Of a stretch of DNA of 64,000 nt, positions 26,701-38,059 are shown piece after piece. Origin of the DNA: Tubulanus polymorphus. Taxonomy: Eukaryota; Animalia; Nemertea. A model generated the notes under the pieces. The model was not told where the DNA came from, did no database searches, and saw only the letters and a list, made by a program, of their open reading frames with translations. The position numbers and the translations under genes are program-made. The stretch spans positions 3,058,131 to 3,122,130 of the forward strand of contig NC_134033.1 in assembly GCF_964204645.1 (NCBI RefSeq), in the 5' to 3' direction. Every line of letters starts with the position of its first letter. Position 1 is the stretch's first letter.

Positions 26701-29700
26701 AAGGTAAGACTAATGTATACAAAAATGAATTAGAATAGGATGATTTTTAAAGAAATGATATATTTCATTTTCTTCACGAAACAGAATGATGGTTATTACA
26801 CGTGGACTGACGGTAAAAAATTGAGCTACACAGAGTGGTATAAACCGGTTATTAATGAAACGATACCAGAAGTTATTCGAGGATTGATATCTCCGCTAAG
26901 AAAACAACCGATAAATGACGTCAATATGCCGTGTGCGGCGATGATACTAAATAATCCACGAGGATCAGCGAACTGGGTTCGATTCCCGTGTCAAATCGAG
27001 GAGACGCACACGACATTCATTTGTGAATCTGAGAGAATCGACATCAAAAACAAACACAATTCAACGATAAACGACGCGAACGATTCAACAAATACAGACT
27101 TAAATAAAACCTTAGATCAAATGATTCCCGATGTTACTTTAATAAATTCAACCTGTCCAAGAGGTTGGGTAACTAATTCTGGACAATGTTATCAAATACT
27201 AACCGACTGGAAAAACAATCGAGGTTTGAATATTCGGAGTGCCAGAGAAATGTGTCACAGCATCAGCGCCGAAATAGTAAGAATCAACTTAAATATAGAA
27301 AGTGATATGAAAAATTTGATCAACAAATTTCAATATCGACATCAATATGGCGCTATACTGACAATGGACCGCGACGCATTTAAAGTTATCAAACCACTGG
27401 TGACCAGAAATGAAATTACTTATATTCAATCGCTTAAATGGTTATTGAAACCTTTCGATGATACAAAAGATAAAGTGCATTCCGTGTTATGCACCTATAA
27501 TGTAACTGGTGAAGAGTCAGCTTCTGTAAGCGGTTGTAAATCGTGGCAGTTTGAATGTAACGATCAAAGATGTATCAGCGACCATCGCGTATGTGATACC
27601 AGACACGACTGTCAACACGGTGAAGATGAACTCGATTGTACGGATATCAATTTACACAGTCAGTTCCGCTGTAACGATGGACAGGTTATATCGATTAGCG
27701 GTTTCTGTGATTTTATGAGAGATTGCGTCGATGGCTCGGATGAGAACTCGTGCTATCATCCACCGTGTTTATCTACGCAATATCGCTGTTCCAATCAGCA
27801 ATGCATCGATATAGTCATAAGCGATGTGACGGACTAGCCAACTGTAAAGACGGTTCCGATGAGATCGGATGCACTGCCGAAAATTGCCAGGGGTTCTCGT
27901 GCGCGGACGGTGAATGTATTAGTTTTCAGTTGTATCGGGATGGTGTCGTGGATTGTAGCGGAAGTCTCGAAGAAGACGAATTGGTCACTTATATGACGGT
28001 GAATCCCGAGGTTTACTGTAATGATGACAATCAATGTTCGACTCGTTTCACAGATCTGTGTAAGGAATCGGATGAACAAAGATGTTCGTTCAATTCTCCT
28101 CGCTGTTATTCCCGACACGAAAGGTGTATTTTAGAAAGGATGCCGATTGGTTTCCCGGTATGTAGAAATCTTGAACATATACTCGCGTGTAATGACTTCG
28201 AATGCGCGTCTGGTACTGTAAAATGTCCGGCATCTTACTGTATACCGATCAGACACGTTTGTGACGGTCGATCCGATTGTCCTAATTCAGAAGATGAACG
28301 AAACTGTGAGACTTGGTCGTGTCCGGGAATGTTTAAATGTGGCCAGGAAAACCGATGTATTCCGCAATCTGAAGTTTGCGACGGAGTCGTAAATTGTAAA
28401 CATAACTCGGATGACGAGTCATTCTGTCAGGTCACGTGTCCTGAACGTTGTAATTGCCGGGGTCATTTCATCGATTGTGAAAATGCTCTTTTATCAGATA
28501 TTACCGGTCGTTTTATAGAATCAACTCGGGTTTTAATTTTGTCGAATAACCGAGTCGTATTTTACGAGTCGACATTCAACTCTTTCATTTATCTTCGTTT
28601 TCTCGATATTTCGGGCAATAATTTGTCTTACATCGTTCCTAACGCGTTTTCTAATCTAAACAATCTATACACATTAGACCTTACTCACAACCGCATTACA
28701 TCATTATCTGCTAATACATTCGCAGGTTTGATCGGTTTAAAAGAACTATTTCTTATCGGAAATCCGCTGCAACATTTAGAAGACGGTAGTTTCCGAGGTC
28801 TGACGTCACTTACTGTTCTCGATCTCCACGGACTTTCTATATCGGTTCTCGGTGAAAATGTATTTAAAGGTTTATCCGCAATACAGTCGTTAAATATCAG
28901 CAGTAACAGAATACATTACATTTCGAGATTTGCTTTTTCTGGATTGGTTGGACTTGAAATTCTAGATCTCGTCAAAAATGCCGAAGTGATATTTGTAAAA
29001 AGAACGTTCTTGGCGATCTTACATCATTGAAATACCTCGCTTCGGATGCTTACAAATTTTGCTGCATGGCACCGAATGTTGACCGATGTCTTCCCGAAGC
29101 TGATCAATTTTCCACCTGTTCTGACCTGATGGGTAACGCTGTACTGACAGCCATCATCTGGATGATCGCATCTTTCAGTTTTCTCGCAAACAGTTTCGTT
29201 ATTTTATTTCGCGTTCAAGCTTTGCGGATGGAATCCTCCGGAACACGTAACACATCTTCAGATATCCTCATCATAAATATTGCCGGTTGTGATTTTCTGA
29301 TGTCGGTCTATTTGTTTTTGATCGCGGGAGCTGACTACGTGTTCAAAGGCGTTTATTATCTGAGTTCTGAAACCTGGACGGATAGCTCATTTTGTCGTCT
29401 GGCCGGGGTTATTGTCACCGTTTCGTGCGAAGGTTCCTTAACTTTTCTCTTAATTCTAACGCGTCAGAGATATTCAAATATCGTCAACCCATTTTCTAGA
29501 AGTCCGATTATAACTCCGAAATACGTTATCGGTATTTGCTGCATTTGTTGGCTCGTTATAAGCACAGTTTCTATTCTACCGCTGTCATCGTCGTCTTACT
29601 TTGGAGACAATTTTTACGGTACAACCGGAGTTTGTTTGCCTATGAATTTACTGACGATCGACGTCAATGGCTGGCACTATTCATTCGCTATTTTCGCCTT

Positions 29701-30055
29701 GTTTAATGCGGCCATATTGGCTACGATAATGACGACGTACGCTCAGATGTATGGACTCGTATCTGGGAGTAGGTCGGGTTCGGGAAGGGCTGATCCTACC
29801 GAACTGGTTTTAGCTCGAAGGAGTTTAGTAATCAATCTTTGTAATCTATTTTGTTGGCTACCGATAATAATCGTTCAGATTTGCGCCGTATTTTCGGTCG
29901 AGATACCGAACCAGGTGGCCGCTTGGCTGGCCGTTCTATTTTTACCGATCAACTCGTCTCTGAATCCGCTTCTTTATACAATACTAACAATCGATATGAA
30001 ATCTATTCGTGAACGCAATAAACGACGACTAGGGTTGACGACATCCAGTAAATAA
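23735..30055 (+). pseudogene. GRL101-like GPCR, copy C: exons 23735-24961, 25375-26703, 26785-30055; TAA at 26008-26010, +2 frameshift ~27810, -1 frameshift ~29003
   Basis: Same splice sites and phases as B and E. Lesions are seen by direct comparison: CGT CGT TAA vs AAA/GAA; ATCGATATAGT vs ATCGATAGT; AAAAGAACG vs AAAAGAAACG. Confidence 0.88.
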
Positions 30056-30574
30056 ACGATAGTTTGACACGAGTCCCCGAATAATGTTTGCATATCCATA
30101 AATCGCGGTTGAAACTTGAAATCCTGAAACTTAGTATAGTTCGTTTGAAATCGCATGACCGAATTAGTTTAATTTTTTCATTCTTTCATTTACAATTAAA
30201 GAGGTTTCCAGTTTCTAGACGCCATTTTGTGGCGGTGCGAAAAATTTGCGCTCATTGCGAAACATAAGTTTTTATACAATATCATACAGCTCTGCAGTGT
30301 ATTGAAATGAAATCATGGTGATTAGATATTTCGACTCCACAAAATGTCTACTCGCCATAAATCATGTGACGTGTGGAGCTCCTTAGTTTATTCCGCAAGA
30401 GTTTGAGTCTTCCGGTCGCGATTTGGGTTGGTTTAATCGAAACGGTAGCAAACATGTCCCGAGAAAATGGCGAAAGGGCATCATTTAAAAAAAACCAATA
30501 TTTGAAGTTCTCTTGGATGATTCAATTAGTGACGATGGTAGTTTGTATATCAACCCTCGCCACGCGTGAGTGAA

Positions 30575-32000
30575 CACGAAATACCCTAAGATTAAACCTA
30601 ACCTCAGTTTCCTAGAGAGAAATAATTTATTATTTCTACTCACCGATTTATGTGAGCAGTTTTCGAATATCTTTTCCTCGAAGAGATTTATCATTCAGCT
30701 CACATGAGTCCTCTATCAGATCAGGTTGTTTTTGTCGGCACACACTTGGTGCAATCAGGTCCTGATGAAGTGAGGAAGTTCTGGAATCTGGAAAGTGTAT
30801 TTGTCGGTTTAGTCAACAATCAGATCCTGCTCAGGAAGATCTTCTCTGAAAAAGCAACTAAGGTGTTTAATTTGACTTGAATCAGCTTGAATCCGACCTA
30901 ACTTAAGTTTGACATTTAGAATTGGAATTAAAATGTCTTCTCACCAATTCATGAGTGGAACTTCATGGATTATAACGATCAGTTATCGTTTCATTGGGAG
31001 ATTTGACACCCAAGTTACAGCACTAAAATATGTCCCGTCTTGTTGGTTAAGTCCAGCACGTTTGACAGCAATCAGGTCCCGAGGAAGTAGAGCATATCTG
31101 AAAAAAGTATTGATCTCAATAATAACCTTTAATTTGACTCGATACATGCGCATTGTAATCTGTTATATCCATTATCAAAAACCCACAAATCTACTCACCA
31201 CCAATTTATGTGTGAAGCATCATGGATTTTTTAGAAAAGCCTGGAGTCTGGTATTGGCAGCAATCAGGTCCTGAGTGAGGAATGGCTAATCTGAAAAACA
31301 ACAATTTCATATTTCAGTTCCGACTGGAAGAATCAATGTTTAAGTTTAGGTTGGATGCCCGAGTGAGATCCCAGAGATAGGGAGTCAAGTAGACTAATTT
31401 TACACGAGATGTGAATTGTCGAAAGCATCCCTCGGCAACTTCGCAAATTAGTCTCTAAATTAGTGGAAAAAAACTTATAGATCTCCCTTTTCACTTACGT
31501 AACCTCACATAAGGACTGGACATATATGCGCGTGTATAGTGAATTCAACGTATGTTACGAATGAATCATCAGAATTGGTTCATTTCAAATCGAACACGTA
31601 TTACATGATTTCAAAGATCGAGGACAAGAACAGGCCACAATATGAACGGAGTTTGTCATAATGCGGTTCAATGGACACGAGCACCACTGGCTAGATAATA
31701 CCAGACTGGCCCTGTTAGTATCTTAACTTCAGAAACCTAACTAATATATGAAGTAGATTTAATATCAGATATTCTCTAACAGTCCTCGTTAAAATGATAT
31801 TTCTATACAGTAAATTAAATCCTTTCAAAATTGAATTAGCAGAAAAATCACTTTGCAATACAATCTGTTAATTACATTTCCATTGTCTATAACTCGAATT
31901 GTCACTGGAATCAAGCACGAATCTTAGAACTATTTGCAATTGATTTCATCAAATAAAATGAATTAAGATGATATCATCATAGGAAATATGCAATCCATTC
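30575..32000 (-). repeat. Repeated multi-exon-like non-coding unit, copy 2 (head-to-head with receptor D)
   Basis: Colinear with 21400-22830. Confidence 0.7.
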
Positions 32001-32138
32001 AATAAATCAAATACCCATTGTATGTAACTTGCTAGAACTGTCTTAGCACCAGCAACAGCAGCAACAGCAGCAGCCAAGCAGGAAATACTGTTATTTGTAT
32101 TTATGAATTCAAGTCAAGATGAATAAATATAGGCTACT

Positions 32139-32449
32139 TTAACTTTTCTCTTAATTCTAACGCGTTAGAGATATTCAAATATCGTCAACCCGTTTTCTAC
32201 AAGTCCAATTATAACTCCGAAATACGTTATCGGTATTTGCTGTATTTGTTGGTTCGTTATAAGCACAGTTTCTATTCTACCACTGTTAACTTTTCTCTTA
32301 ATTCTAACGCGTCAGAGATATTCAAATATCGTCAACCCGTTTTCTAGAAGTCCGATTATAACGCCGAAATACGTTATCGGTATTTGCTGTATTTGTTGGT
32401 TCGTTATAAGCACGGTTTCTATTCTACCGCTGTCATCGTCGTCTTACTT
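32139..32449 (+). pseudogene. Two tandem copies of receptor TM3-ICL2-TM4 coding fragment upstream of copy D
   Basis: Units ~32139-32285 and 32286-32449; the second differs from 18728-18891 at about 4 positions. Confidence 0.9.
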
Positions 32450-32986
32450 GGATTGAGTTGTTTCCTCTGCACAGAACAAGACCTTACCGCCACAATCAGA
32501 TATCCATACGATGCGCTTCATCTAGCTTCAACTCAGTTATTATATTGACTGTAGAGTGTGAATTGTCAAAACAGATATTGACGAAGTCTTTTACAGAGAC
32601 GCAGAATATTCTGAAGTAAATATAGAAAATATCATCGAACATTATCAAAAACTGGTTCGGTTATCAAAACGCAGTTCGGGAGCGACAGTAAATATTTTTA
32701 GCGAAATAATCGCACACGATTATAGACACGATATATTGAAGCACGTCTAAATTTAGAAACCGCGGTAATTACAGCGAAACCGAGAACAGATGAAAGTTTT
32801 ACAAATACGAGACTGGCGCCAGTTTGATGGGAGAGTTTTTATACAAAATAATTGGACTCAATTAATTCGTCAACTTTAAACATTTGCGAATTCGTCATTA
32901 CTTTGCAGCCACTCTTATGAGAAATGTCGCGCAAACTTAGAAATAGTTAGAAATGTGTTTGTTTTGAAGCGTGAATTGTGTTCAAT

Positions 32987-33878
32987 ATGCAGCGAATGAA
33001 AGCGTTGTTCGTAGTTTTACTGATCGCTTGCGGAGACTGTATATTTACGCGGGCTGATCGCGCAAACTCTGTCGAGGAAGCCGCGTCTGTTACAGTCAGT
33101 TCATCTTGTAACAACACTCAATACTCCGTCGATTCTACGTCTGGTTACATCGTTTCACCGAACTATCCGTCGTTAGTGCGCGGTGTTGAATGTCGTTGTT
33201 TCGTCAACAGCTCTTTACCGGGAAGTTTTCTCGTTCAAGTTTACTACGACATCGAGCCGTCGATATTCTGTAACGAAAACTACCTTCTAGTCGGTGAGTC
33301 CGGCAACAAACTCTGCGCTAACGGAAGAAAACAACTTGATATCCGCAGTAACGGTTTGATTTCGTTGTTGTTTAGGAGTAACGTCGATGGAGCGCGAGGT
33401 AGTCGGGTTAACATCATATATCGGTTTGAAGAACAGAGTCGCTTGAAAATTGTATATACATGTCACAAGCATGCAGTAAAAGAATTACCAACTCAAACAG
33501 GTTATGAATTCATGATTTCTACCCTCCGATGTAAATTGTTGTTAGAATGGATCGGGATGCCAGACGGGTTTGCAATGAATTTAACGTTTATACAGATAGA
33601 TTTCAGATTAAGACCAGGTGAGGATCCGATGAAAACTCGTCCTCAAATTTCCGACGGATGGAACAGCACCAGTGAACCTATAGCTCTTATACGAGAACAA
33701 ACCGGACATCCGCCTTCATCGTTTTATACTAAAACTAACAAAGCACGTATTGAAATTGAAAGTAGTTTGAAGTCGAAGCTACTTTGGCAAGTTTACAAAA
33801 TATCAGATTGGAACATCTCTAACCCGTTAATTCAAGTATATAATAAATCAGGACTGCTCACTACAATTGATGGAATAC
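32987..33878 (+). pseudogene. GRL101-like GPCR, copy D: truncated exon 1 (signal peptide and CUB-like domains); remainder of gene absent
   Basis: Colinear with exon 1 of B, C and E up to GATGGAATAC (33878), then LTR-like sequence; no downstream exons found before copy E. Confidence 0.9.
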
Positions 33879-34436
33879 TATTGGGGTGATAAATTAGAAG
33901 TTTGCATAGAGGGAGGGAAGCCAGAGTTCAGAGCAGTGGCTGAAGTTAGTAAACAAACTACGTAGATGCTTACGTCGCACACAAGACACTGAATAGAAGA
34001 TAGGTGAAAGTGACGTGAGTATCTGCGTATGGTTGCTGGTTATAGCGGCAGCCTTGAGCTCTGGTATGGCTAGGAAGTAAACAAGTATAATAAACTCGTG
34101 ACGTATAACATATGTAGAAGTATACGTCACGAGTAACATGAAATAAGATAAAAAGGGAGGGTCAGCACAGTAAGGGGGAGAGAGATGCGAGAGTGGCGGA
34201 GAAGCCTAAAAATACGAGCTGTAGGAAGGAATAAGAATTGTGCGGGAAAATAAAGAAAGAACGTAGACCCACGAGAAGAGTTGTTATTATTCCGGAGTCA
34301 GAGGGATATCACTTATCGGATTAATCGGAACCAACAACGACAACACGAGGGGAGAACGCAACGTGGCCCCCACAACAATTGGTTGAGAAATTCAACCCCG
34401 CAACATTGTTGGAGAACCGAAAGCAACTCCACAACA
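33879..34436 (+). mobile_element. Solo-LTR-like element (TATT...CACAACA) truncating copy D
   Basis: Abrupt homology break; imperfect terminal inverted ends TATTGGGG/CCACAACA; TATA-like ATAAAAAGGG followed by AATAAA; 3' sub-repeats like those in 58755-59564; no TSD. Confidence 0.6.
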
Positions 34437-34498
34437 GTTCCAAGACAAACTTAATTCTATAGCCAATCTAATAATTTAAGACCAGTGTTAAGGTTTAA

Positions 34499-34881
34499 CC
34501 CTTTTCTTTATTGAGGAAATGGCTTGATTTTTGGATATAACTTAGGAAATATACCATTTTGTGTGATTTGTTTCTTTATTTGACATTTAGATATACTTTT
34601 GCCAAAAAAATATTGTATTTTCTTCATGAAGTTTAAAAATTTTTATGAGGTGTGATTTGTCATTATTTTTGGGGTAATCATATATATGGAATATGTTATT
34701 CTGCATTATCTGATAGCTGTGAAAGTTACCTTTCATTTGGTGTAAAGATTATCTGTCTATCTTCATACTTTAAAAAGTTATGATGATTTTAGTAGTATCC
34801 TAGCTCGTTGTTTAATTGCATCGGCCATATACCTTGGGCACAAAAGACCTTTTGAGGGAAAAACGGTTGGGCACCAAAGGG
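34499..34881. mobile_element. Possible piggyBac-type non-autonomous element
   Basis: TTAA-CCCTTT at left and AAAGGG-TTAT at right; only the terminal hexamers match. Confidence 0.3.
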
Positions 34882-35034
34882 TTATGACCACTTTTGGTCT
34901 GAAGTCCTGACTACGGAACCGGTCTCTTGGGCCCATAAAATTAACCAGAAATCCCTCGTTGGTTTTATCAGGGAAGTGTAATGAGACTACCCTGGTTTTA
35001 TAGATCGATGATGTTTATTTCGTTTTTGTTGAAG

Positions 35035-35974
35035 GTGGTTTCGATATCGCGATGCAGCTTCCGTCGGGCTGGATCCCGAATTCATGGAAAATGGTGCCGT
35101 GTCCTGTTCGCGGTAACATACAGTACCGATTCACCGAAAAAAACAAATTCTGGACGCAATTAACATTTCACAATTACAGGTATGGAAATAGTTCTTCCGA
35201 GGGATGCACGTAGAAGCATTTTTGTTTTTAGTTTCTTTGATGATGGAGTTTTAGGAGTAACCCCGAAGCAGTTAGAAAATAGACTTTTCTTCATATAACT
35301 GTGGGTTTTATTTTTTACGTAGAAGCATATTCAAAGAAAGAAGATTTTTACAACAAAAGTTTTGGGGCGTTCCGGGATCAGTTGCGCATCGTACCTTCAG
35401 TACAAGTGTTCCTAAATCTTGAGACTAGCCTTAAGTTATTGCATTGGTTATAGAACTAAGATGAACTTTATGATAGCGAATTTTAATGGTAATCGGGATA
35501 TTGTGGGAGTGGATGTGTGTACTACGTCATTGATATTGGGGCTGGACTGGTTGGCGTTCAATATTGTCGATATATTCAAATTAGAAATAACTTTCTTGAT
35601 CCTTGATAATATATCATTCATAGTATATCATTCGTTGTCGACAATATCGAGCATTATGTGGGTTATTTATCAAGACGTCAATAAACTTTCAAGTCAGTTT
35701 TCTTTTTATCTTTAGAAATGCCATTTACGAAGTGAATTACCGATGGCCGGGAGAAGAGGCGTGGCGAACGACCGAACGCGCCAAATACGGCGCGTTCTTC
35801 ATCATGAAGGACGCACCCGCAGACGGCGTCATCGAGGTCAAGGTCAAGTCCATCTTCAACTACGACGTCGTCGGCCGTACTACCGGCTGGAGTGAGTGTA
35901 GGCGGATCTTACAGGAATCCGTTAGAAATCTACCACCCGATTTAACACAATTTCGATGGAAATACCATTCTTAA
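35035..35974 (+). CDS. Expansin-like (EXLX/YoaJ-type) gene, 3' exons 35035-35179 and 35716-35974: end of DPBB domain plus CBM63-like domain; 5' exons missing (gene fragment)
   Basis: Acceptor TTTTTGTTGAAG; the phase-2 intron GTATGG...CTTTAG joins the exons in frame: GFDIAMQLPSGWIPNSWKMVPCPVRGNIQYRFTEKNKFWTQLTFHNYR|NAIYEVNYRWPGEEAWRTTERAKYGAFFIMKDAPADGVIEVKVKSIFN. This matches the expansin pattern FD(L/I)...G.I...W..V.CP..GN..Y......W......N. Confidence 0.78.
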
Positions 35975-36018
35975 TTACTTCGCCGCCAAATACGACCGAC
36001 CTACGCCCAGCTATCTAA

Positions 36019-36353
36019 AGCCGGGCGTAGGTCGGCCTTGCGACGGCTTGCGACTCACTGCGACGCGACTTACTGCGACCGCCAGCGACGATCGCGTCGC
36101 AACGACCAACCGACCTACGCTACCTTGCGACTGCCAGCGACGGGTTGCGACTGGCAGCAACGCCAGTCGCAATGAGTCGCACATGCTCTACTTTCTGCGA
36201 CGCGACGCGACCATCGCAACCGATCTACGCGCTCTTGCGACTGGAGAGCAACTAGTCGCACACAGTCGCTGACAATCGCGTCGCAACCGACTTGTGCAGC
36301 CACTTGTGACGCAACGCGACGATCTCGTCGCATCGCAAGGTCGACCTACACCC
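36019..36353. mobile_element. GC-rich MITE (Harbinger-like ends) with internal TGCGAC/GTCGCA repeats; second copy 60593-60930
   Basis: TIRs GGGCGTAGGTCGGCCTTGCGA / TCGCAAGGTCGACCTACACCC; an extra TIR copy lies immediately left (35995-36012). Confidence 0.7.
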
Positions 36354-37213
36354 ATCGTTCAAAGATGCGCCTTGCTCTGTTCAGTTCACGTACCGGTATG
36401 TTAATTTTCAATTGATTTTTTTTTGTAGATTTGGATTACCAAGATTTCGGTGTTCAGCAGCCAGCAGTTTGCATTCAAACGACTCCCGATACTGACTGAT
36501 ATCAATAAATACAAATTTACGAAAGACGAGACGTGTATTTCTCATTAGTTCGTCATCGGAGAGGAGAGAGAACATTCCGGGGCCAGTTACTGAGGGGGAT
36601 GTGCACTAAACACCAGACATTGTGCTCGGATGCTGGATTGATGCTAATTCGAACCCCCTATTCGAATTCCTCGGGACGCCTGACTATCCATTGGTTAAAT
36701 GTAATCAACTTTTGAGCAAAAGGCACCCCGGTGTTTTTGGCCTATTAGACCAACCAGAACAGAACGTTCATTGAGAACCGCCGTTGCATGTACCGCCAGG
36801 AACGCGAGCATACTGAGTTCGAACATTGATAATCCATGTATCGAAATACTGATCTTAACTCTGGGAGTCGCACTTAACTAAGAACGTTCGTAAATACTTT
36901 GGTTATCTTTTTTGTTTACGTATATGGCGACTCTCTAGCGCGACATTACGTGCGCAACGCCTCTTTATCCCTAACCTATAGAGCAGAACCAGTGACTCGG
37001 TAGTAGTTGCCAAACAGAGATTCATCGTACACACCCCGTCGAAGATACGTCAATCCCGCTGGCTCGCTATTACTGATGATGGCTGTCAGTAAAAACCGAA
37101 ATGTTGTGGGTTCATTTTCGCGATAGAACGACTTCTTCTCGTTTAACGTGGTCATTTTCGTTTTATCGTGGCAATTTCTCGTTTTAATGTGGTAATTTTG
37201 CACCATTTGTGCT

Positions 37214-37745
37214 AATGAGCTAGGTCTCAGAATGAGCTAGGTCTCAGAATGAGCTAGGTCTGATAATGAGCTAGGTCTGGCGGGAATGAGCTAGGTCTCA
37301 GAATGAGCTAGGTCTGGCGGGAATGAGCTAGGTCTGGGAATGAACTAGGTCTGATAATGAGCTAGGTCTGGCGGGAATGAGCTAGGTCCGATAATGAGCT
37401 AGGTCTGACGGGAATGAGCTAGGTCCGATAATGAGCTTGGTCCGTCGGGAATGAGCTAGGTCTCAGAATGAGCTAGGTCTGAGAATGAACTAGGTCTGAT
37501 AATGAGCTAGGTCTGGCGGGAATGAGCTAGGTCTGGGAATGAGTTAGGTCCGTCGGGAATGAGCTAGGTCTGATAATGAGCTAGGTGTGGTGGGAATGAG
37601 CTAGGTCTGGAATGAGCTAGGTCTGGGAATGAGCTAGGCCTGGGAATGAGCTAGGTCTGGGAATGAGCTAGGTCTGGGAATGATCTAGTTCTGAGAATGA
37701 GCTAGGTCTGATAATGAGCTAGGTCTGGGAATGAGCTAGATCTGG
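37214..37745. repeat. Minisatellite, 18-22-bp unit AATGAGCTAGGTCT(GGG/GAT/GGCGGG)
   Basis: More than 25 tandem units; shorter orthologous array at ~61660-61868. Confidence 0.95.
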
Positions 37746-38059
37746 CATTAGTTAACAGTCTATCGCTAATAGTTCTAAGATTTTTCTTCGAATTCAGCGA
37801 CAATTCATACACAATGGATATTTGATTTTTTGAAATGTAGTGCGAAATGTTCTAAGATATTTCTTGTGCATTCTAATGAAGACTGGTCCACTTCTTATAT
37901 TTGACCGATGTATCCTCCAGCTAATGAATTATTGATACCCACTGGTCAACTTCTTATTCATTGTATTTGAAATGAATATTTTTGAGTTTGTTAGAATAGT
38001 ACAGAGGGTGTGGTACGTATTATCATAGAACCACGCGTTTGTAGTTCAGTGGTATTTTG

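Noticed and set aside
32987-35974. Chimeric CUB-expansin gene made by splicing truncated copy D exon 1 to the expansin exons
   Set aside because: Copy D lost its donor and stops at 33887-33889. The only GT between the breakpoint and that stop is weak and phase 2, whereas the expansin exon needs phase 1.
35732-35974. FN3/cytokine-receptor-like reading of the 80-aa ORF (YEVNYR...EVKVKS...GWSE)
   Set aside because: The in-phase upstream exon supplies the expansin-specific FDI and W..VPCP..GN..Y motifs, which fit the whole peptide better.
36048-36333. Arg/Ala/Thr-rich ORFs on both strands (also 60622-60849)
   Set aside because: Artefacts of the GC-rich TGCGAC-repeat MITE.
37214-37745. Constant AATGAGCTAGGTC core with variable short linkers
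   Set aside because: Linkers are 3-8 bp and recur, so this is a minisatellite rather than a spacer array.
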